This document shows positions 31,882 through 42,943 of a DNA stretch of 64,000 nucleotides, piece by piece (the stretch's first letter is position 1; every line of letters starts with the position of its first letter). The position numbers and the translations under genes are program-made. The notes below the pieces were generated by a model. It saw nothing but the letters and a program-made list of their open reading frames with translations, searched no databases and was not told the origin of the DNA. This DNA comes from Nitrospirota bacterium (GTDB lineage: Bacteria; Nitrospirota; UBA9217): assembly GCA_963749655.1 (NCBI GenBank), contig CAVVOB010000016.1, forward strand, positions 1 to 64,000. The letters run 5' to 3'.

Positions 31882-32604
31882 TCAGTGTACCGCCACCTTC
31901 TTCGTATCGTCCACGATTGCGCCGTCTGCCAGCGAAATGATCCGCTCGTATCCGCTCTCACCGTTCTTTTCGTGGGTTACAACGATCACCGTTTTCCCGT
32001 TCCGGACCAGCTGGCTGAACAGGCTTTGAACGTCTGATGCCGTCCTGCTGTCGAGGTTGCCGGTAGGCTCATCAGCGATTAAAACCGGAGGATCGTTCGC
32101 CAGCGCCCGGGCTATTGCGGCCCGCTGCTGCTCGCCCCCTGACAGGGCCGCCGGCAATTTTGCGCCCTGTGCCGCAATGCCTACCCGGTCGAGCAATGCC
32201 CGGGCACGGTCGACGCGCTCGCGCTTCGGCACTTTGTTCACGAAATCCATGGCCAGGAGCAGGTTCTCCATGATGGTGAGCGTGGGTATCAGCTGGAAGA
32301 ATTGAAATACGATCCCGATGTTCTTTCCCCTCCATATCGCAAGGCTGCTTTCGTTCAGGCTGTGCACCGCTGTGGAATTTATGAGGACGGTCCCCTGGCT
32401 TGGATGGTCGATTCCCGTGATCATATTGAGCAAGGTCGATTTTCCGCTGCCCGACTTCCCGACGATCGCGACGTATTCCCCGTTGTCGACCGCCAGATTG
32501 ACGTCCTTCAAAACCGACACGGTTCTCCCTGCCGAAGAAAATTGCTTGCTGATCCCCCGAAGATCGATGATCGTCGCCGTTGCCGGTCTTGTCTGATTAT
32601 TCAT
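31882..32604 (-). CDS. ABC transporter ATP-binding protein (LolD/MacB-like)
   Basis: [25 protein letters not shown]. Confidence 0.95.
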   Translation of the reverse strand: MNNQTRPATATIIDLRGISKQFSSAGRTVSVLKDVNLAVDNGEYVAIVGKSGSGKSTLLNMITGIDHPSQGTVLINSTAVHSLNESSLAIWRGKNIGIVFQFFQLIPTLTIMENLLLAMDFVNKVPKRERVDRARALLDRVGIAAQGAKLPAALSGGEQQRAAIARALANDPPVLIADEPTGNLDSRTASDVQSLFSQLVRNGKTVIVVTHEKNGESGYERIISLADGAIVDDTKKVAVH

Positions 32605-32642
32605 TTGACACGCTCCTTGTTGTCGAATATAATATTCATTAA

Positions 32643-32726
32643 CGAACACTATGTTCGATTAAATACTAGATGTCTTTTATCGCACTGTCAACAACCAATG
32701 TGGTCCCGATTGTTCACTACTGAACA
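32643..32726. promoter_or_regulatory. Divergent promoter region with probable TetR operators
   Basis: Palindromes CGAACA-cta-TGTTCG (32643-32657) and TGTTCA-ctac-TGAACA (32711-32726); minus-strand TTGACA-N17-TAGTAT at 32691-32663. Confidence 0.65.
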
Positions 32727-32761
32727 AAACAGTTCGATTTGTACGCGAAAAAGGGGATTCT

Positions 32762-33460
32762 ATGAAAGAAAAAAAGGAGGACCGCCGGATCAGCCGCACG
32801 CGCAAACTGATGCAGGAGGCGCTGATGGCCCTGATCGTGGAAAAAGGCTACGAGGCTGTCACCGTGCAGGACATTCTCGATAAGGCGGACATCGGCAGAT
32901 CGACCTTCTATGCGCACTACCGGGACAAGGACGAGCTTCTCCTCTCCGGCTTCGATCATCTGCGCACCCTGTTCGAGCAGCAGCAGCACTCCCTGTTTGC
33001 CGCCAAACAGGGCGGGGAAGACACCGACTTCAATATGATCCTGGAGCTCTTCCGCCACACGGGCGAACATCATAAATTGTACAAAGCCATCGTGGGCAAA
33101 CAGAGCGGCGAGATGATTTTTAAATATCTCCACCGGTATCTCTACGATCTCCTGATCGTGCCCCACACAGCGCTTATGAAGAACAGAAAAGCGCCGCCCG
33201 TGCCGATCGAGATAACGACCCACTGGCTGGTCAGCTCCCTTCTTTCCCTCATGACCTGGTGGCTCGACAACAACATGCCCTATTCAGCGGAAAAAATGGA
33301 TGGAATATACAGGAAACTGACGATGCCCGGCATCGAAGTCGCTTTGGGTCGTAAAGTGCAGAGGAAGGAATATGACAGGATTACACGGGATGACCACGAC
33401 GGGAGCGCGAAGGCGTTTTACAGTCTTTTTGTCGACGATGATTGCTGTACAGGGAAATAA
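32762..33460 (+). CDS. TetR/AcrR family regulator
   Basis: DRRISRTR...TVQDILDKADIGRSTFYAHYRDK. Confidence 0.93.
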   Translation: MKEKKEDRRISRTRKLMQEALMALIVEKGYEAVTVQDILDKADIGRSTFYAHYRDKDELLLSGFDHLRTLFEQQQHSLFAAKQGGEDTDFNMILELFRHTGEHHKLYKAIVGKQSGEMIFKYLHRYLYDLLIVPHTALMKNRKAPPVPIEITTHWLVSSLLSLMTWWLDNNMPYSAEKMDGIYRKLTMPGIEVALGRKVQRKEYDRITRDDHDGSAKAFYSLFVDDDCCTGK

Positions 33461-33690
33461 GCATTTCCGGCAAGGGGAGTCTCATTCGCATACATTTACG
33501 ACCGGGTGCCTAATAAAAAAGGGTCAGCTCAATAAGCCGACCCTTGAAAAATCGCATCACTATCCTCTGTTACGCAAACATCCGCAACAGTTCCGCGAAA
33601 AACGCTCTTAATCCGCTTCTCCTGTCCTGGAGCGTCCGTCCCAACCATCCTGCTGAATTCACGACAGACCGGCAGCTGCAGCTGTCCATC

Positions 33691-34986
33691 CTATTTCCCA
33701 TACACTGTCATCAGGTCCTTCCCCATGGAATAGACCAGGCTCGCGCCCGCGCGTTCGAACCCGTAGAGAGCACGCCACGAATTGGACTCGGCCGTCGACA
33801 TGAGCGTCACCGCGTCGAGCACGTCCGTTGCCGTGCCGACCCCCTCCTGGTAGCGGAGACGCTGAAGCCTCAGGTTTTCTTCCGCCTGGGTCACGGCGGT
33901 CTTGGCCACATCGATCTTCTTGGCAGAGCTGTCGAGATCGAGATAAGCGGACTTCACGTCCATCCTCACGGCATCGACGATCTTGTCCCTCGTGAGCCTG
34001 AGGGACAGAAGCTCGCTCCTGCCCGCTGCTGCGCGGGACCGCGTGGCTCCGCCGGAGGAAAGACTGATGGTCATGCCGGCGATGAGGGACCAGTTGTCCT
34101 CGTGCACCATATACCTGTTCTCCTGGGACTCATATCCGCCTGACAGGTAAAAGGTCGGCAGGTGCTCTGCCTCCACGGACTTGACGCTTTCCCCTTTTGC
34201 CAGGATCGCGGCATCGATGATCCTGATCTCCGGGCTTTCGGCTTCTGCCGTGGCCCAGGCGTCTTCGAGCACGATTGCCGATGACGGCATATTCTTCACC
34301 TCTTCGAGGTGTACGGGATCGTTCAAGGGCCGGAGCAGAAGGCTGTTGATCCGCGACGCCCTGAGCGACCGCAGGTTGTCGGCGGTGAGATAGCGCTGCC
34401 GCGCGTCCGCGAGGGTCACGTCGGCCTGGAGCACTTCGTTCCTGGTGACCACGCCTGCATCGTACCGCGCCTGCGCGTCCTGCTTGTGGGTCTCGTAGCG
34501 CTGCACGTCCTCGCCCGCAACCGCGAGCAGCTTTTCCGCTTCAAGAAGATCGCAGTAGGCAATGATGAATTCGAGGGCAGCCCGGTTCTTTGCCCGGACG
34601 GTCTCGATTTCCCTCGTCTTCGCGTCGAATTCAGCGGCGTTGATCGAGGCCGAGGTCTTGCCGAAGTCGTACAGGAGCTGGGTCGCGGAGACGCCGTAGG
34701 TCAGGAACTTGTCCTGCGCCGTGGGCACGGTCTCCGTGCCGAACTTGGCTGCCGGTTGGTAACGCAGCCACGTTTCGTAGCCGTAGGCGTTCACCTGCGG
34801 CAGCCAGGCAGCCCGCGCCGTCGACACGCCGCTCCGCGCCGCTTCTTCATTTGAACGGGCGATGCCTGCGTCCCGCCCTGTCTCGGCAACGATTTTCAAC
34901 CCTTCTTCAAGGGTCAAGGCGTGAACAGCCGGAGAAAAGAGCACGACAGCCGCACAAAGAAACAAGACCTTTACCGATCGTTTCAT
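33691..34986 (-). CDS. TolC-family outer membrane efflux protein
   Basis: Signal peptide; ATQLLYDFG, RYDAGV and RYQEGVGTATDVLDA. Confidence 0.92.
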   Translation of the reverse strand: MKRSVKVLFLCAAVVLFSPAVHALTLEEGLKIVAETGRDAGIARSNEEAARSGVSTARAAWLPQVNAYGYETWLRYQPAAKFGTETVPTAQDKFLTYGVSATQLLYDFGKTSASINAAEFDAKTREIETVRAKNRAALEFIIAYCDLLEAEKLLAVAGEDVQRYETHKQDAQARYDAGVVTRNEVLQADVTLADARQRYLTADNLRSLRASRINSLLLRPLNDPVHLEEVKNMPSSAIVLEDAWATAEAESPEIRIIDAAILAKGESVKSVEAEHLPTFYLSGGYESQENRYMVHEDNWSLIAGMTISLSSGGATRSRAAAGRSELLSLRLTRDKIVDAVRMDVKSAYLDLDSSAKKIDVAKTAVTQAEENLRLQRLRYQEGVGTATDVLDAVTLMSTAESNSWRALYGFERAGASLVYSMGKDLMTVYGK

Positions 34987-35052
34987 GATTACCTCGCCTC
35001 TAATTAAAAGTGCCCTTATCGCAAGCCGCGTGTTCGCACCGTGCATAAAAAC

Positions 35053-35691
35053 TCATGCCTGCGCCATGTTCTTTGCCAGGGTAATGATCGCGTCCGCAGC
35101 CCCGTCAAACCCCGTTGCCTGGGCATCAAGACAAAGATGGTAGTTCCGGGCATCGTTCCAGTCCTTGCCTGTCGTGGTCCGGATATAGGTTTCCCGCTGC
35201 TGGTCGGATTCGTCGATTTCAGCAAGCGCCTGTTCCGTGGTCAATTCGTGAAATTTTTTCAGACGCGCTATCCGGAACTCCCGGGGCGCATGGATGAATA
35301 CGTTGCAGACATTCGGCCGCCGGGCCAGCACGTTGAAGCCCGCGTGGCCGACGATCACCGCATTCTGTCTTTCGGCGATCTGCCGGATGATCCCGCATTC
35401 CGCGGCGAACAGCTCTTCATCATAGACCGGCTTCCGGGCAGGAGGGACGTAGGCCGCTTCCGGGGTGCCGAAAACGAAACTCTTCATCAGGCTTTCAATG
35501 AACCCGCTCTTCTTTTCATCCTGCCGGGAAATGTCCTTGATGTCGACGCCGAGCTCCCGTGCCGCTGCATGGAGCACTTCACGCTCAATATACCGGTAAC
35601 CGAGCTTCCGGGCGATCAGATGGCCGATATAGGCCCCCCCGCTCGCCAGCTGTCTCGATACGGTGATGATCTTTACCTGATTAGCTGTCAT
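35053..35691 (-). CDS. Cytidylate kinase-like family protein
   Basis: IITVSRQLASGG, VFIHAP, YHLCLD. Confidence 0.88.
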   Translation of the reverse strand: MTANQVKIITVSRQLASGGAYIGHLIARKLGYRYIEREVLHAAARELGVDIKDISRQDEKKSGFIESLMKSFVFGTPEAAYVPPARKPVYDEELFAAECGIIRQIAERQNAVIVGHAGFNVLARRPNVCNVFIHAPREFRIARLKKFHELTTEQALAEIDESDQQRETYIRTTTGKDWNDARNYHLCLDAQATGFDGAADAIITLAKNMAQA

Positions 35692-35761
35692 CTCTTTTTC
35701 CTCGCCGTTGCTAATTCCTGGACCCTTGCCCCATGCCCTTGACCCTGGACCCTATTTCGAG

Positions 35762-37309
35762 CTACTCTGCCACGATCTCCGCCGTCCCCTCCTGCTTCCT
35801 GTCGGATTTCAGGAAAAAGATGAAAGGGAATGAAAGGATGAACAGGAACGTGATCAGCACATACATATGGTTGTAGGCCATCATGCCGGCCTGGCGCGAC
35901 ATCTCGCCGTCGAGAAGCGAAAGCGCCATCTGCCGGGCCGAGGATGGATCGACTCCCTGGCCCTGCATGCCGCCGGTCACGGCTCCGATCCAGTTTGATC
36001 CTGTTTCTCCGTATTCGGTGACCTTTTCTGCCAGCATCGCATGATAGGAGGTCATGGACTTGGTGAGCTGTGATGCGGCGACCGCGATGCCGACGCTTCC
36101 GAAGACCTGGCGCACCACATTGTAAAGTCCTGCCGCGGCGGTCAGACGCGGCTTTTCTGTGGTCGAAAGGGTTGCCGTGCTGAGCGCGACAAAGATCACG
36201 CCGAACCCCAGCCCCTGCAGGACCTGGGGAAAGAACAGATCGTTGAAGCCCATGGTAAGAGACAGGCGCGACAGCTGGAAAAAGGATATCGCCGTCAGGA
36301 CGAGCCCTCCCCCGATCATCAGTTTCGGTCCCAGCTTGTTATAGAATTTTCCGCCGGCAGCCATGGCAACGGCCATGGCCAGGCTCCTCGGCATCTGGAT
36401 AAGCCCTGAATCCAGCGCCGGATACCCGAGCAATTGCTGCAGGAACATGGGAAGGAGAAAGAGGCCGCTCATGAGCCCCATGCCGAGAAAACCGCCGATA
36501 AGAGAGCCGGAGGTAAAATTCAGGTCCCTGAGGATCCTGAGGTCCACTGCAGGCCGGTCGCAGGTCAATTCCCGCCAGATGAACAGCACGATGCCGGCGA
36601 GCGACGCCAGCAGAAGGTAGCGGATCATCGGGGACTCGAACCACGCCTGCTGTTCGCCTTTTTCGAGCATGATCTGAAAGGCGCCGAGCCCCACGGTCAT
36701 GAACGCAAGGCCGGGCAGGTCGATCCTTCCCTTTTCACGAACCAGGAACGGCGGGTCCTTGATGTACCGCAGGACCATGATGATGTTGAGCAGCCCGATC
36801 GGCACGTTGATCAGGAACACCCAGGGCCAGGAATAATGGTCTGTCAGCCAGCCGCCGATCGTCGGCCCGAACGCGGGCCCCAGCACGACCCCGAAGCCGA
36901 AAAGGCCCATCGCCATGCCCTGTTCCTCGGGGGGGAAAGTCTCGCGCAGGATCGCCTGCGACACGGGGATCAGGGCCCCGCCGGCCATGCCCTGGAACAC
37001 GCGAAAAAATACCATCGAAGGCAGGTCCCAGGCGATGCCGCAGAGCATCGAGCTGATGGTGAAGCTGATGATGCTCAAAACATAGAAATTCTTCCTGCCG
37101 TAGCGGGCGCTCAGCATGCCTACGATCGGCATGATCAAAACGTTCGCAAGGATGTATCCCGTCGCGACCCAGGTGATCTCCTCGATCGTGGCGCTCAGAC
37201 TGCCGCGCATATAGGGAAGCGCAACGTTCACGATGCTCGAATCGAGGGCGCTCATGACGGTGCCGATCATCACCGTAAGCGTGATGATCCACTTATCGGA
37301 CTTCGCCAT
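35762..37309 (-). CDS. DHA2 (EmrB/QacA) MFS efflux permease
   Basis: SALDSSIVNVALP, GPAFGPTIGGWLTD, WVFLINVPIG. Confidence 0.95.
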   Translation of the reverse strand: MAKSDKWIITLTVMIGTVMSALDSSIVNVALPYMRGSLSATIEEITWVATGYILANVLIMPIVGMLSARYGRKNFYVLSIISFTISSMLCGIAWDLPSMVFFRVFQGMAGGALIPVSQAILRETFPPEEQGMAMGLFGFGVVLGPAFGPTIGGWLTDHYSWPWVFLINVPIGLLNIIMVLRYIKDPPFLVREKGRIDLPGLAFMTVGLGAFQIMLEKGEQQAWFESPMIRYLLLASLAGIVLFIWRELTCDRPAVDLRILRDLNFTSGSLIGGFLGMGLMSGLFLLPMFLQQLLGYPALDSGLIQMPRSLAMAVAMAAGGKFYNKLGPKLMIGGGLVLTAISFFQLSRLSLTMGFNDLFFPQVLQGLGFGVIFVALSTATLSTTEKPRLTAAAGLYNVVRQVFGSVGIAVAASQLTKSMTSYHAMLAEKVTEYGETGSNWIGAVTGGMQGQGVDPSSARQMALSLLDGEMSRQAGMMAYNHMYVLITFLFILSFPFIFFLKSDRKQEGTAEIVAE

Positions 37310-38412
37310 GCCTGACACCCGCTGTTTGTTCCTGTTTAGGCGTTTCCCTGATCGCCACGGACGGATAGACCGAGAGCCCCGGCTGCAGCGGATGGGCCGA
37401 ATCGGGCTTCGCATCGAGCACGATCTTGACCGGTATGCGCTGCACGACCTTAACGAAGTTGCCTGTCGCGTTCTGGGGAGGCAGGAGGCTGAAGACCGCT
37501 CCCGGTGCCCGGCTGAAAGCTGTCCACGCGGCCGCTGATGACGACACCGGGATAGGCGTCCACCGTGATGTCCACGGGCTGACCGGGTTTCATGCGGGAG
37601 ATCTGCGTCTCTTTGAAATTCGCCACCACCCAGAGGGCGCCGTCGTCCACGATCGCCAGCAGCGGCTGACCGGGCTGCACGTACTTGCCCTCGTCCACGT
37701 TCTTTTTGGCTATCCTGCCGCCGACGGGTGCGGTGATGGTGGTCCTGCCGAGGTCCAGCCGCGCCAGATTCAGTGCGCTTCCGGCCTCACGGATCTTGAA
37801 TTTCTGCGTCGTAACCTGGGCGTTCAGCGCCTCGATGGCGGCTTCGATCTCGGACACCGCTGCATGCGCCGAGGCTTTCCGCGCCCCGGTGTCCTTGAAG
37901 CGCGCTTCCGCCTGGTCGTACTGGCTCTGGGAAATGACTTCTTTTTCCCGGAGTTCGGTGCTTCGCTTCAGGTCTTTCTCGGCAAGGGCAACCCCTGTTT
38001 CAGCCGCATCGAGATCAGCCCGGGCGCGTGCGAGCGCCATGGTCTTCACCTTGATCAGGGCGTGCGTTTCCTGCTGCTCCGCCGTCATACGGGCAACGGA
38101 ATCCTGCCGTGACTGCACCAGCGAGTTGTAGTCGTCCGCCGCGATTTCCACGAGAGCGTCCCCGGCTTTTACGAGCTGGTTGTCCGTAACGAGCACCTTC
38201 ACGACCCTGCCCTTGACCTCCGAGCTGATCGGCACGACCGTTCCTTCGATAAAGGCGTCGTCAGTGCTCTCGTGCGCCAGCGCATAGGATATTTTCCTCG
38301 CCCCATAGACCAGCGCGAGGGCAATGCAGAAGACCAGAACGGCCCGGATACCCCAGGTCTTCACCTGCGTCCGGCGTGATGGTTCCTGTTCCGGATCATT
38401 CTTCATGAACAT
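37293..38412 (-). CDS. HlyD/EmrA membrane fusion protein, frameshifted near 37500
   Basis: ESTDDAFI, WVVANFKETQ; SLLPPQNATGNFVKVVQRIPV in the shifted frame. Confidence 0.92.
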
Positions 38413-38486
38413 AAGCTGCTTCTCCTTCTGTCTTAAAAACATATTCCGCTGATTATATGATTTCCCCGCGCCTTTCGGAAAAGGCG

Positions 38487-39125
38487 TTACTGTTTCACGA
38501 CGCCCCCCAGAAACAACCGGAGGGTCCCGCGAATCCATTCATGACGATGTTTTTCCGCTGCAGGAGATTGACCGAAGAACTCCTTTTTTGTCCTGTCCCT
38601 TCGGCACCGCTGCGCGATCTGCGCCATGAGGAATTCCGCCGCGAAATGCGGATCGACATCGGGCGCCAGAAGCCCCGTCTTTCCTGCGTGCTCGAGAAAG
38701 GTATTCAATGCCGCGCGATGCCGGAGGATGGTCTTTTTGAAAACTTCGGAGCTCCGCTCCCCTTCGCGCTGGATGATCGTCATGACTTCCGGCTGGCTGA
38801 TGATCGCCTCGATCGTCTGACCTACAAAAATTTCCAGACGGACCTTCAGGTCCTCCATGCTCTGGGGAGGCAGCAGGGTCTTTCTCGAAGAAACGAACAG
38901 CTCCGACAAAAACTCCTCGATGATGTGATGAAACAGGTTTTCCTTCGATTCAAAGTGATAGTTGACCGCGGCAATGTTCACTCCGGCCGTTTCGCTGATC
39001 TCCTTGATGGACGCCCCGTCGTACCCTTTTGCCGCGAACAGGCTTGCTGCTGCGGAAACGATGCGGTTTGCCGTATCACCCGAAGACCGGGAACGGGGAG
39101 ACGGGATATTCTCTTTTACTTTCAT
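38487..39125 (-). CDS. TetR/AcrR family regulator
   Basis: LFAAKGYDGASIKEISETAGVNIAAVNYHFESK. Confidence 0.92.
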   Translation of the reverse strand: MKVKENIPSPRSRSSGDTANRIVSAAASLFAAKGYDGASIKEISETAGVNIAAVNYHFESKENLFHHIIEEFLSELFVSSRKTLLPPQSMEDLKVRLEIFVGQTIEAIISQPEVMTIIQREGERSSEVFKKTILRHRAALNTFLEHAGKTGLLAPDVDPHFAAEFLMAQIAQRCRRDRTKKEFFGQSPAAEKHRHEWIRGTLRLFLGGVVKQ

Positions 39126-39361
39126 TCGGGCACTCCCTCATGAGGCGTCCCGGCAGGCCCGCCGGGAGAGACAGTAATACCACACCGCGGCGGCCATTGC
39201 AAATTAAATATTTTAATAATTCAAATGGACATTTTAATTTATGTCCGATCCGCGCGCCTAGCCTCTTTCCCCCGGGAGCCCCCCCTTTCTTCTTTCCGCT
39301 GCCGCTGCGGGGCGGCCGTTCAGTGCAGCCTTATACTATAACAGAACATCCGGAGAGGAGA

Positions 39362-39490
39362 TCATTCGAGCACACCTTCTTTCCCGATCATGTCAAACGG
39401 ATAGGCGCTCGTAAAAATAACATCGACATCAGGTTTCTGCCTGCGCGCTGCTTCAATGAGGCCGACAATTCCGCCCATTCCCGCATGTAT
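39362..39490 (-). pseudogene. Response-regulator receiver domain fragment
   Basis: LIEAARRQKPDVDVIFTSAYPFDMI resembles the receiver C-terminal part (compare [12 protein letters not shown] at the end of 42944-44983). Confidence 0.45.
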
Positions 39491-39744
39491 TTCTACCGGT
39501 GATTTCCGAGTTTCGAGATCGAACACGTCGGCTGGGCCGCACAATTCTGCAAGATTTGCAAAACCTGATGCGACCGCTCGAGCACTTTCCGCGACATTCT
39601 GAAGCCGACAAGCCCGGCTGGAGAGAGCTTCTTTTCCGCTGTGCTATAGTTTAAGTCATCGTGGCTATCGTTTGGATCTGCGTCAACACAGGGCCCTCTT
39701 GCGGAAATTCTCAATCATGAATGTACAACGAAGGAGGTAGTGCC

Positions 39745-40788
39745 ATGAAAATTGCAAAACTTGTCTTTACCCTGTTCATTGTTCTGGTCTTTGCGCAAAC
39801 AGCGTCTGCTGCCGACGAACTCATGAAACGGGCGCAGCAGATGTTCAAGCCGATCCCGACGAGGGCGCCCGTGATCGCGGACAACTCAGCGACACCCGAA
39901 AAAATCCAGCTCGGCAAAACGCTCTTTTTTGATCCCCGTCTGTCCGCGAGCGGCCTCATCAGCTGCAACACCTGCCACAATGTCGGCATGGGCGGCATCG
40001 ATTTCCAGGAGACCTCCATCGGGCACAAGTGGCAGAAGGGACCGCGCAATGCGCCTACGGTGCTGAATTCCGTTTTCAACATGGCCCAGTTCTGGGACGG
40101 AAGGGCCCCTACCCTCGAACAACAGGCAAAAGGGCCGGTGCAGGCGTCGGTGGAAATGAACAATACCCCCGACCGCACCGTGGAGACGCTCAAGAGCATG
40201 CCCGGGTACGTTGCCATGTTCACGAAGGCTTTCCCCGGACAAAAGGACCCGGTCTCCTTCGAGAACATGGCAAAAGCGATTGCCGTATTCGAGGCGACGC
40301 TCATAACACCCCGGTCGGCCTTTGACCAGTATCTCGACGGCAAGGTGAGCGCGCTGGAAGCTCCGGAAAAAGAGGGTCTCGCACTGTTCATGGACAAGGG
40401 TTGCGGCGCCTGCCACGGCGGTATCAACATGGGAGGAGGAGGATACTTCCCCTTCGGCGTGGCGGCAAAGCCGTCATCGGACATCATGAAGGGGGATGAA
40501 GGCAGATCTAAGGTCACCGGCGTCAAATCCGATGAATATATGTTCAAGGCTCCATCGCTCAGAAATATCGCCCTGACGCCGCCCTACTTCCACTCCGGTA
40601 TGGTATGGAGCCTTAAGGATGCCGTGGCCGTCATGGCAAACGCGCAGCTCGGCATCAGCCTGAATGCAGCGGAAATCGAGCGCGTCGATGCATTCCTCAG
40701 AAGCACGACCGGCGCCCAGCCGTCGATCGTTTATCCTATTCTGCCCGCCTCCACGGACAGCACACCAAAGCCCAAGCTGGATTTGTGA
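39745..40788 (+). CDS. Di-heme cytochrome c peroxidase (CCP/MauG family)
   Basis: LGKTLFFDPRLS, CNTCH, RNAPTVLN, QFWDGR, CGACH, FKAPSLRN; RBS AAGGAGG. Confidence 0.95.
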   Translation: MKIAKLVFTLFIVLVFAQTASAADELMKRAQQMFKPIPTRAPVIADNSATPEKIQLGKTLFFDPRLSASGLISCNTCHNVGMGGIDFQETSIGHKWQKGPRNAPTVLNSVFNMAQFWDGRAPTLEQQAKGPVQASVEMNNTPDRTVETLKSMPGYVAMFTKAFPGQKDPVSFENMAKAIAVFEATLITPRSAFDQYLDGKVSALEAPEKEGLALFMDKGCGACHGGINMGGGGYFPFGVAAKPSSDIMKGDEGRSKVTGVKSDEYMFKAPSLRNIALTPPYFHSGMVWSLKDAVAVMANAQLGISLNAAEIERVDAFLRSTTGAQPSIVYPILPASTDSTPKPKLDL

Positions 40789-41040
40789 TGTGAAAGCAGC
40801 TGTCAGTGTCAGTTCTCAGCATTCGGCTTGACTCAAGGCAGAGCCCGGGGGCGCATAGACGGCGCTCCCGGCGTCATCTATTTTATTGGCAATATCAAAT
40901 CCGTGCAATACTCACAGTATGTTTCATTCCAGTGAGTCACCGTTCAAAATAGACTGTCTATGTTGGTACGGAATGCTCATCCTGCTCACGCCAATCCGGC
41001 AAATTGCCGATGTTCCTTGATGATTCTTCATTGCATTTCA

Positions 41041-41055
41041 GGGCACGACAATTGC
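41041..41055 (+). promoter_or_regulatory. Sigma54 -24/-12 promoter candidate
   Basis: GGGCAC-gacaa-TTGC about 60 nt upstream of ATG 41114. Confidence 0.6.
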
Positions 41056-41113
41056 TAGAGTTAATTGGAGCATCTGCACAGAGACTTCTATTTTTTTGTC
41101 CGGAGGGCCACCC

Positions 41114-42667
41114 ATGAAGAAGCGACTCGGTGTTGTCATCAAATGTGCGTTAGTCCTGTCGTTCCTTTTCCTGCTCCCCCTGCTGCAGGCATGCAGCACA
41201 AGTTCCGACAACCCGCCCGCGCCCCCTGCCACGGCGACCGGCGCGATCAAGGGATCGGTCAAGGACCTCGCAACGGGCAGCGCGGTTGCGGCAGCTGTTA
41301 TTTCCGACGGAACGTATTCCACGACAACGGATGTGAGCGGCGGCTACACCCTTACGACCACGGCAGGAAGCCACACCATGACCGTTACCGCCGCGGGGTA
41401 CTCCATGCCGACCCGCAGCTGCGACGTCGCGTCGAACGCGACAACGACACTTGACTGGAGCCTCACGGTCGATCACGGCGACTACTGGGACTACAGCGCC
41501 GCGACCCCTTCGGACATCCTGATCCCCGCCGCAACCATGGACTATGTCATCCTTGCCTGGAACGACCTGGGAATGCACTGCGCCCAGGACGACTACTCGT
41601 ACTTCCTGATCCTGCCGCCCTTCAACACGCTCCATGTACAGGTGTTAAAGCGCGGGGGAGGTATTGTGACCAGCGGCATCACGGTCAAGTACGCGTTCCC
41701 GAAAAAAACGGATTCAACGCTCCATACGAACTTCTGGACCTATGCTTCGAAATACGGCTGGACCCTTGCCCCCAATGTAGGCCTCACCGGCACAACACTT
41801 GCCGGCGACATGACCCTGGACAGCAACGGGCTCGGGTACGTTGCCACGGGCATCCCGGTCACTCCTTATGACGACGACGGGACGTGGGACCCTTACGGCC
41901 AGGCGGAGATCACGCTCGTCGACAGCGGAACCGGGACGGTGCTCCAGACCGCATCGGTGGTGGTGCCGATTTCGACGGAGCTGAACTGCAGCAACTGCCA
42001 TGGAGCCGACAATCCCTTCCTGAACATCCTGCAGACCCATGACCGGCTGAGCGGAACAACGCTTGCCGCGGACCAGGCAGCCGGCGTTCTGCATGCCTGC
42101 GCCGAGTGCCATGGCGACAACGCCCTCGGCATGGCAGGCAAGGCCGGGGTGAAGAACCTCTCCCTTGCCATGCACGGCTGGCATAAAGACAAGATGAACG
42201 TATCCGCGGATCCCAACAAGCCCACGTGCTACAACTGCCATCCCGGGCCGAAGACCAAATGCCTCCGGGGGCAGATGCACCAGGCAGGCCAGTCCTGCCA
42301 GGATTGCCACGGGGACATGCAGGCGATGACGGACAAGCTTACGGCAGGCAGGAAGCCCTGGCTCGAAGAACCGCGCTGCGCAGACTGCCACGGCTCCCAG
42401 TACGCGGAGAACGACAACACGCTCTACCGGAATTCGGTGTTCATGAACACGCCGGACACAATGAACGTCCCCAGCAAAATGGACGGCAAGCTTTACTGTG
42501 AAGCGTGCCATAACAGCACCCATGCCGAATACCGGTCCTCCAATCCTGCGGACAGTTCCATCCCCCTGAAATTCCAGGGCGATGACTACTGGATCTGGAA
42601 CTGCTACGTCTGCCATACGGACTACATGCCTGCTCCCTCCATGCACCGTTCGCTGACAGGGATGTAG
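41114..42667 (+). CDS. Heptaheme c-type cytochrome lipoprotein with N-terminal carboxypeptidase-regulatory-like domain
   Basis: Lipobox LQAC; WNDLGMHC motif; seven CXXCH motifs (CSNCH, CAECH, CYNCH, CQDCH, CADCH, CEACH, CYVCH). Confidence 0.9.
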   Translation: MKKRLGVVIKCALVLSFLFLLPLLQACSTSSDNPPAPPATATGAIKGSVKDLATGSAVAAAVISDGTYSTTTDVSGGYTLTTTAGSHTMTVTAAGYSMPTRSCDVASNATTTLDWSLTVDHGDYWDYSAATPSDILIPAATMDYVILAWNDLGMHCAQDDYSYFLILPPFNTLHVQVLKRGGGIVTSGITVKYAFPKKTDSTLHTNFWTYASKYGWTLAPNVGLTGTTLAGDMTLDSNGLGYVATGIPVTPYDDDGTWDPYGQAEITLVDSGTGTVLQTASVVVPISTELNCSNCHGADNPFLNILQTHDRLSGTTLAADQAAGVLHACAECHGDNALGMAGKAGVKNLSLAMHGWHKDKMNVSADPNKPTCYNCHPGPKTKCLRGQMHQAGQSCQDCHGDMQAMTDKLTAGRKPWLEEPRCADCHGSQYAENDNTLYRNSVFMNTPDTMNVPSKMDGKLYCEACHNSTHAEYRSSNPADSSIPLKFQGDDYWIWNCYVCHTDYMPAPSMHRSLTGM

Positions 42668-42684
42668 TGCACGTTCATGATACA

Positions 42685-42720
42685 AAAAAGGAGAGCCGAG
42701 TTGGCTCGGCTCTCCTTTTT
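42685..42720. terminator. Bidirectional rho-independent terminator
   Basis: AAAAAGGAGAGCCGAG-TTGG-CTCGGCTCTCCTTTTT between convergent genes. Confidence 0.9.
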
Positions 42721-42943
42721 GACATTCGACACGCTGTCCACAGCGGACATTTTCGTTAACAGGCCATTTACCCCATTCCCCCTCCCGATTTCGCTCTCCC
42801 TTTCAAAGGAGGGGGAATGGGTTTTGTGGGCAGAAAGTCAATTCAATTTTGAAAGGCTCTTAACAAGATGGAACGGTCCTCCTACGTGTTCGCCTCGGCG
42901 GCCTCGGCAAACTGCAGGCGCCCGTCCGAACACCTGAAATCAT

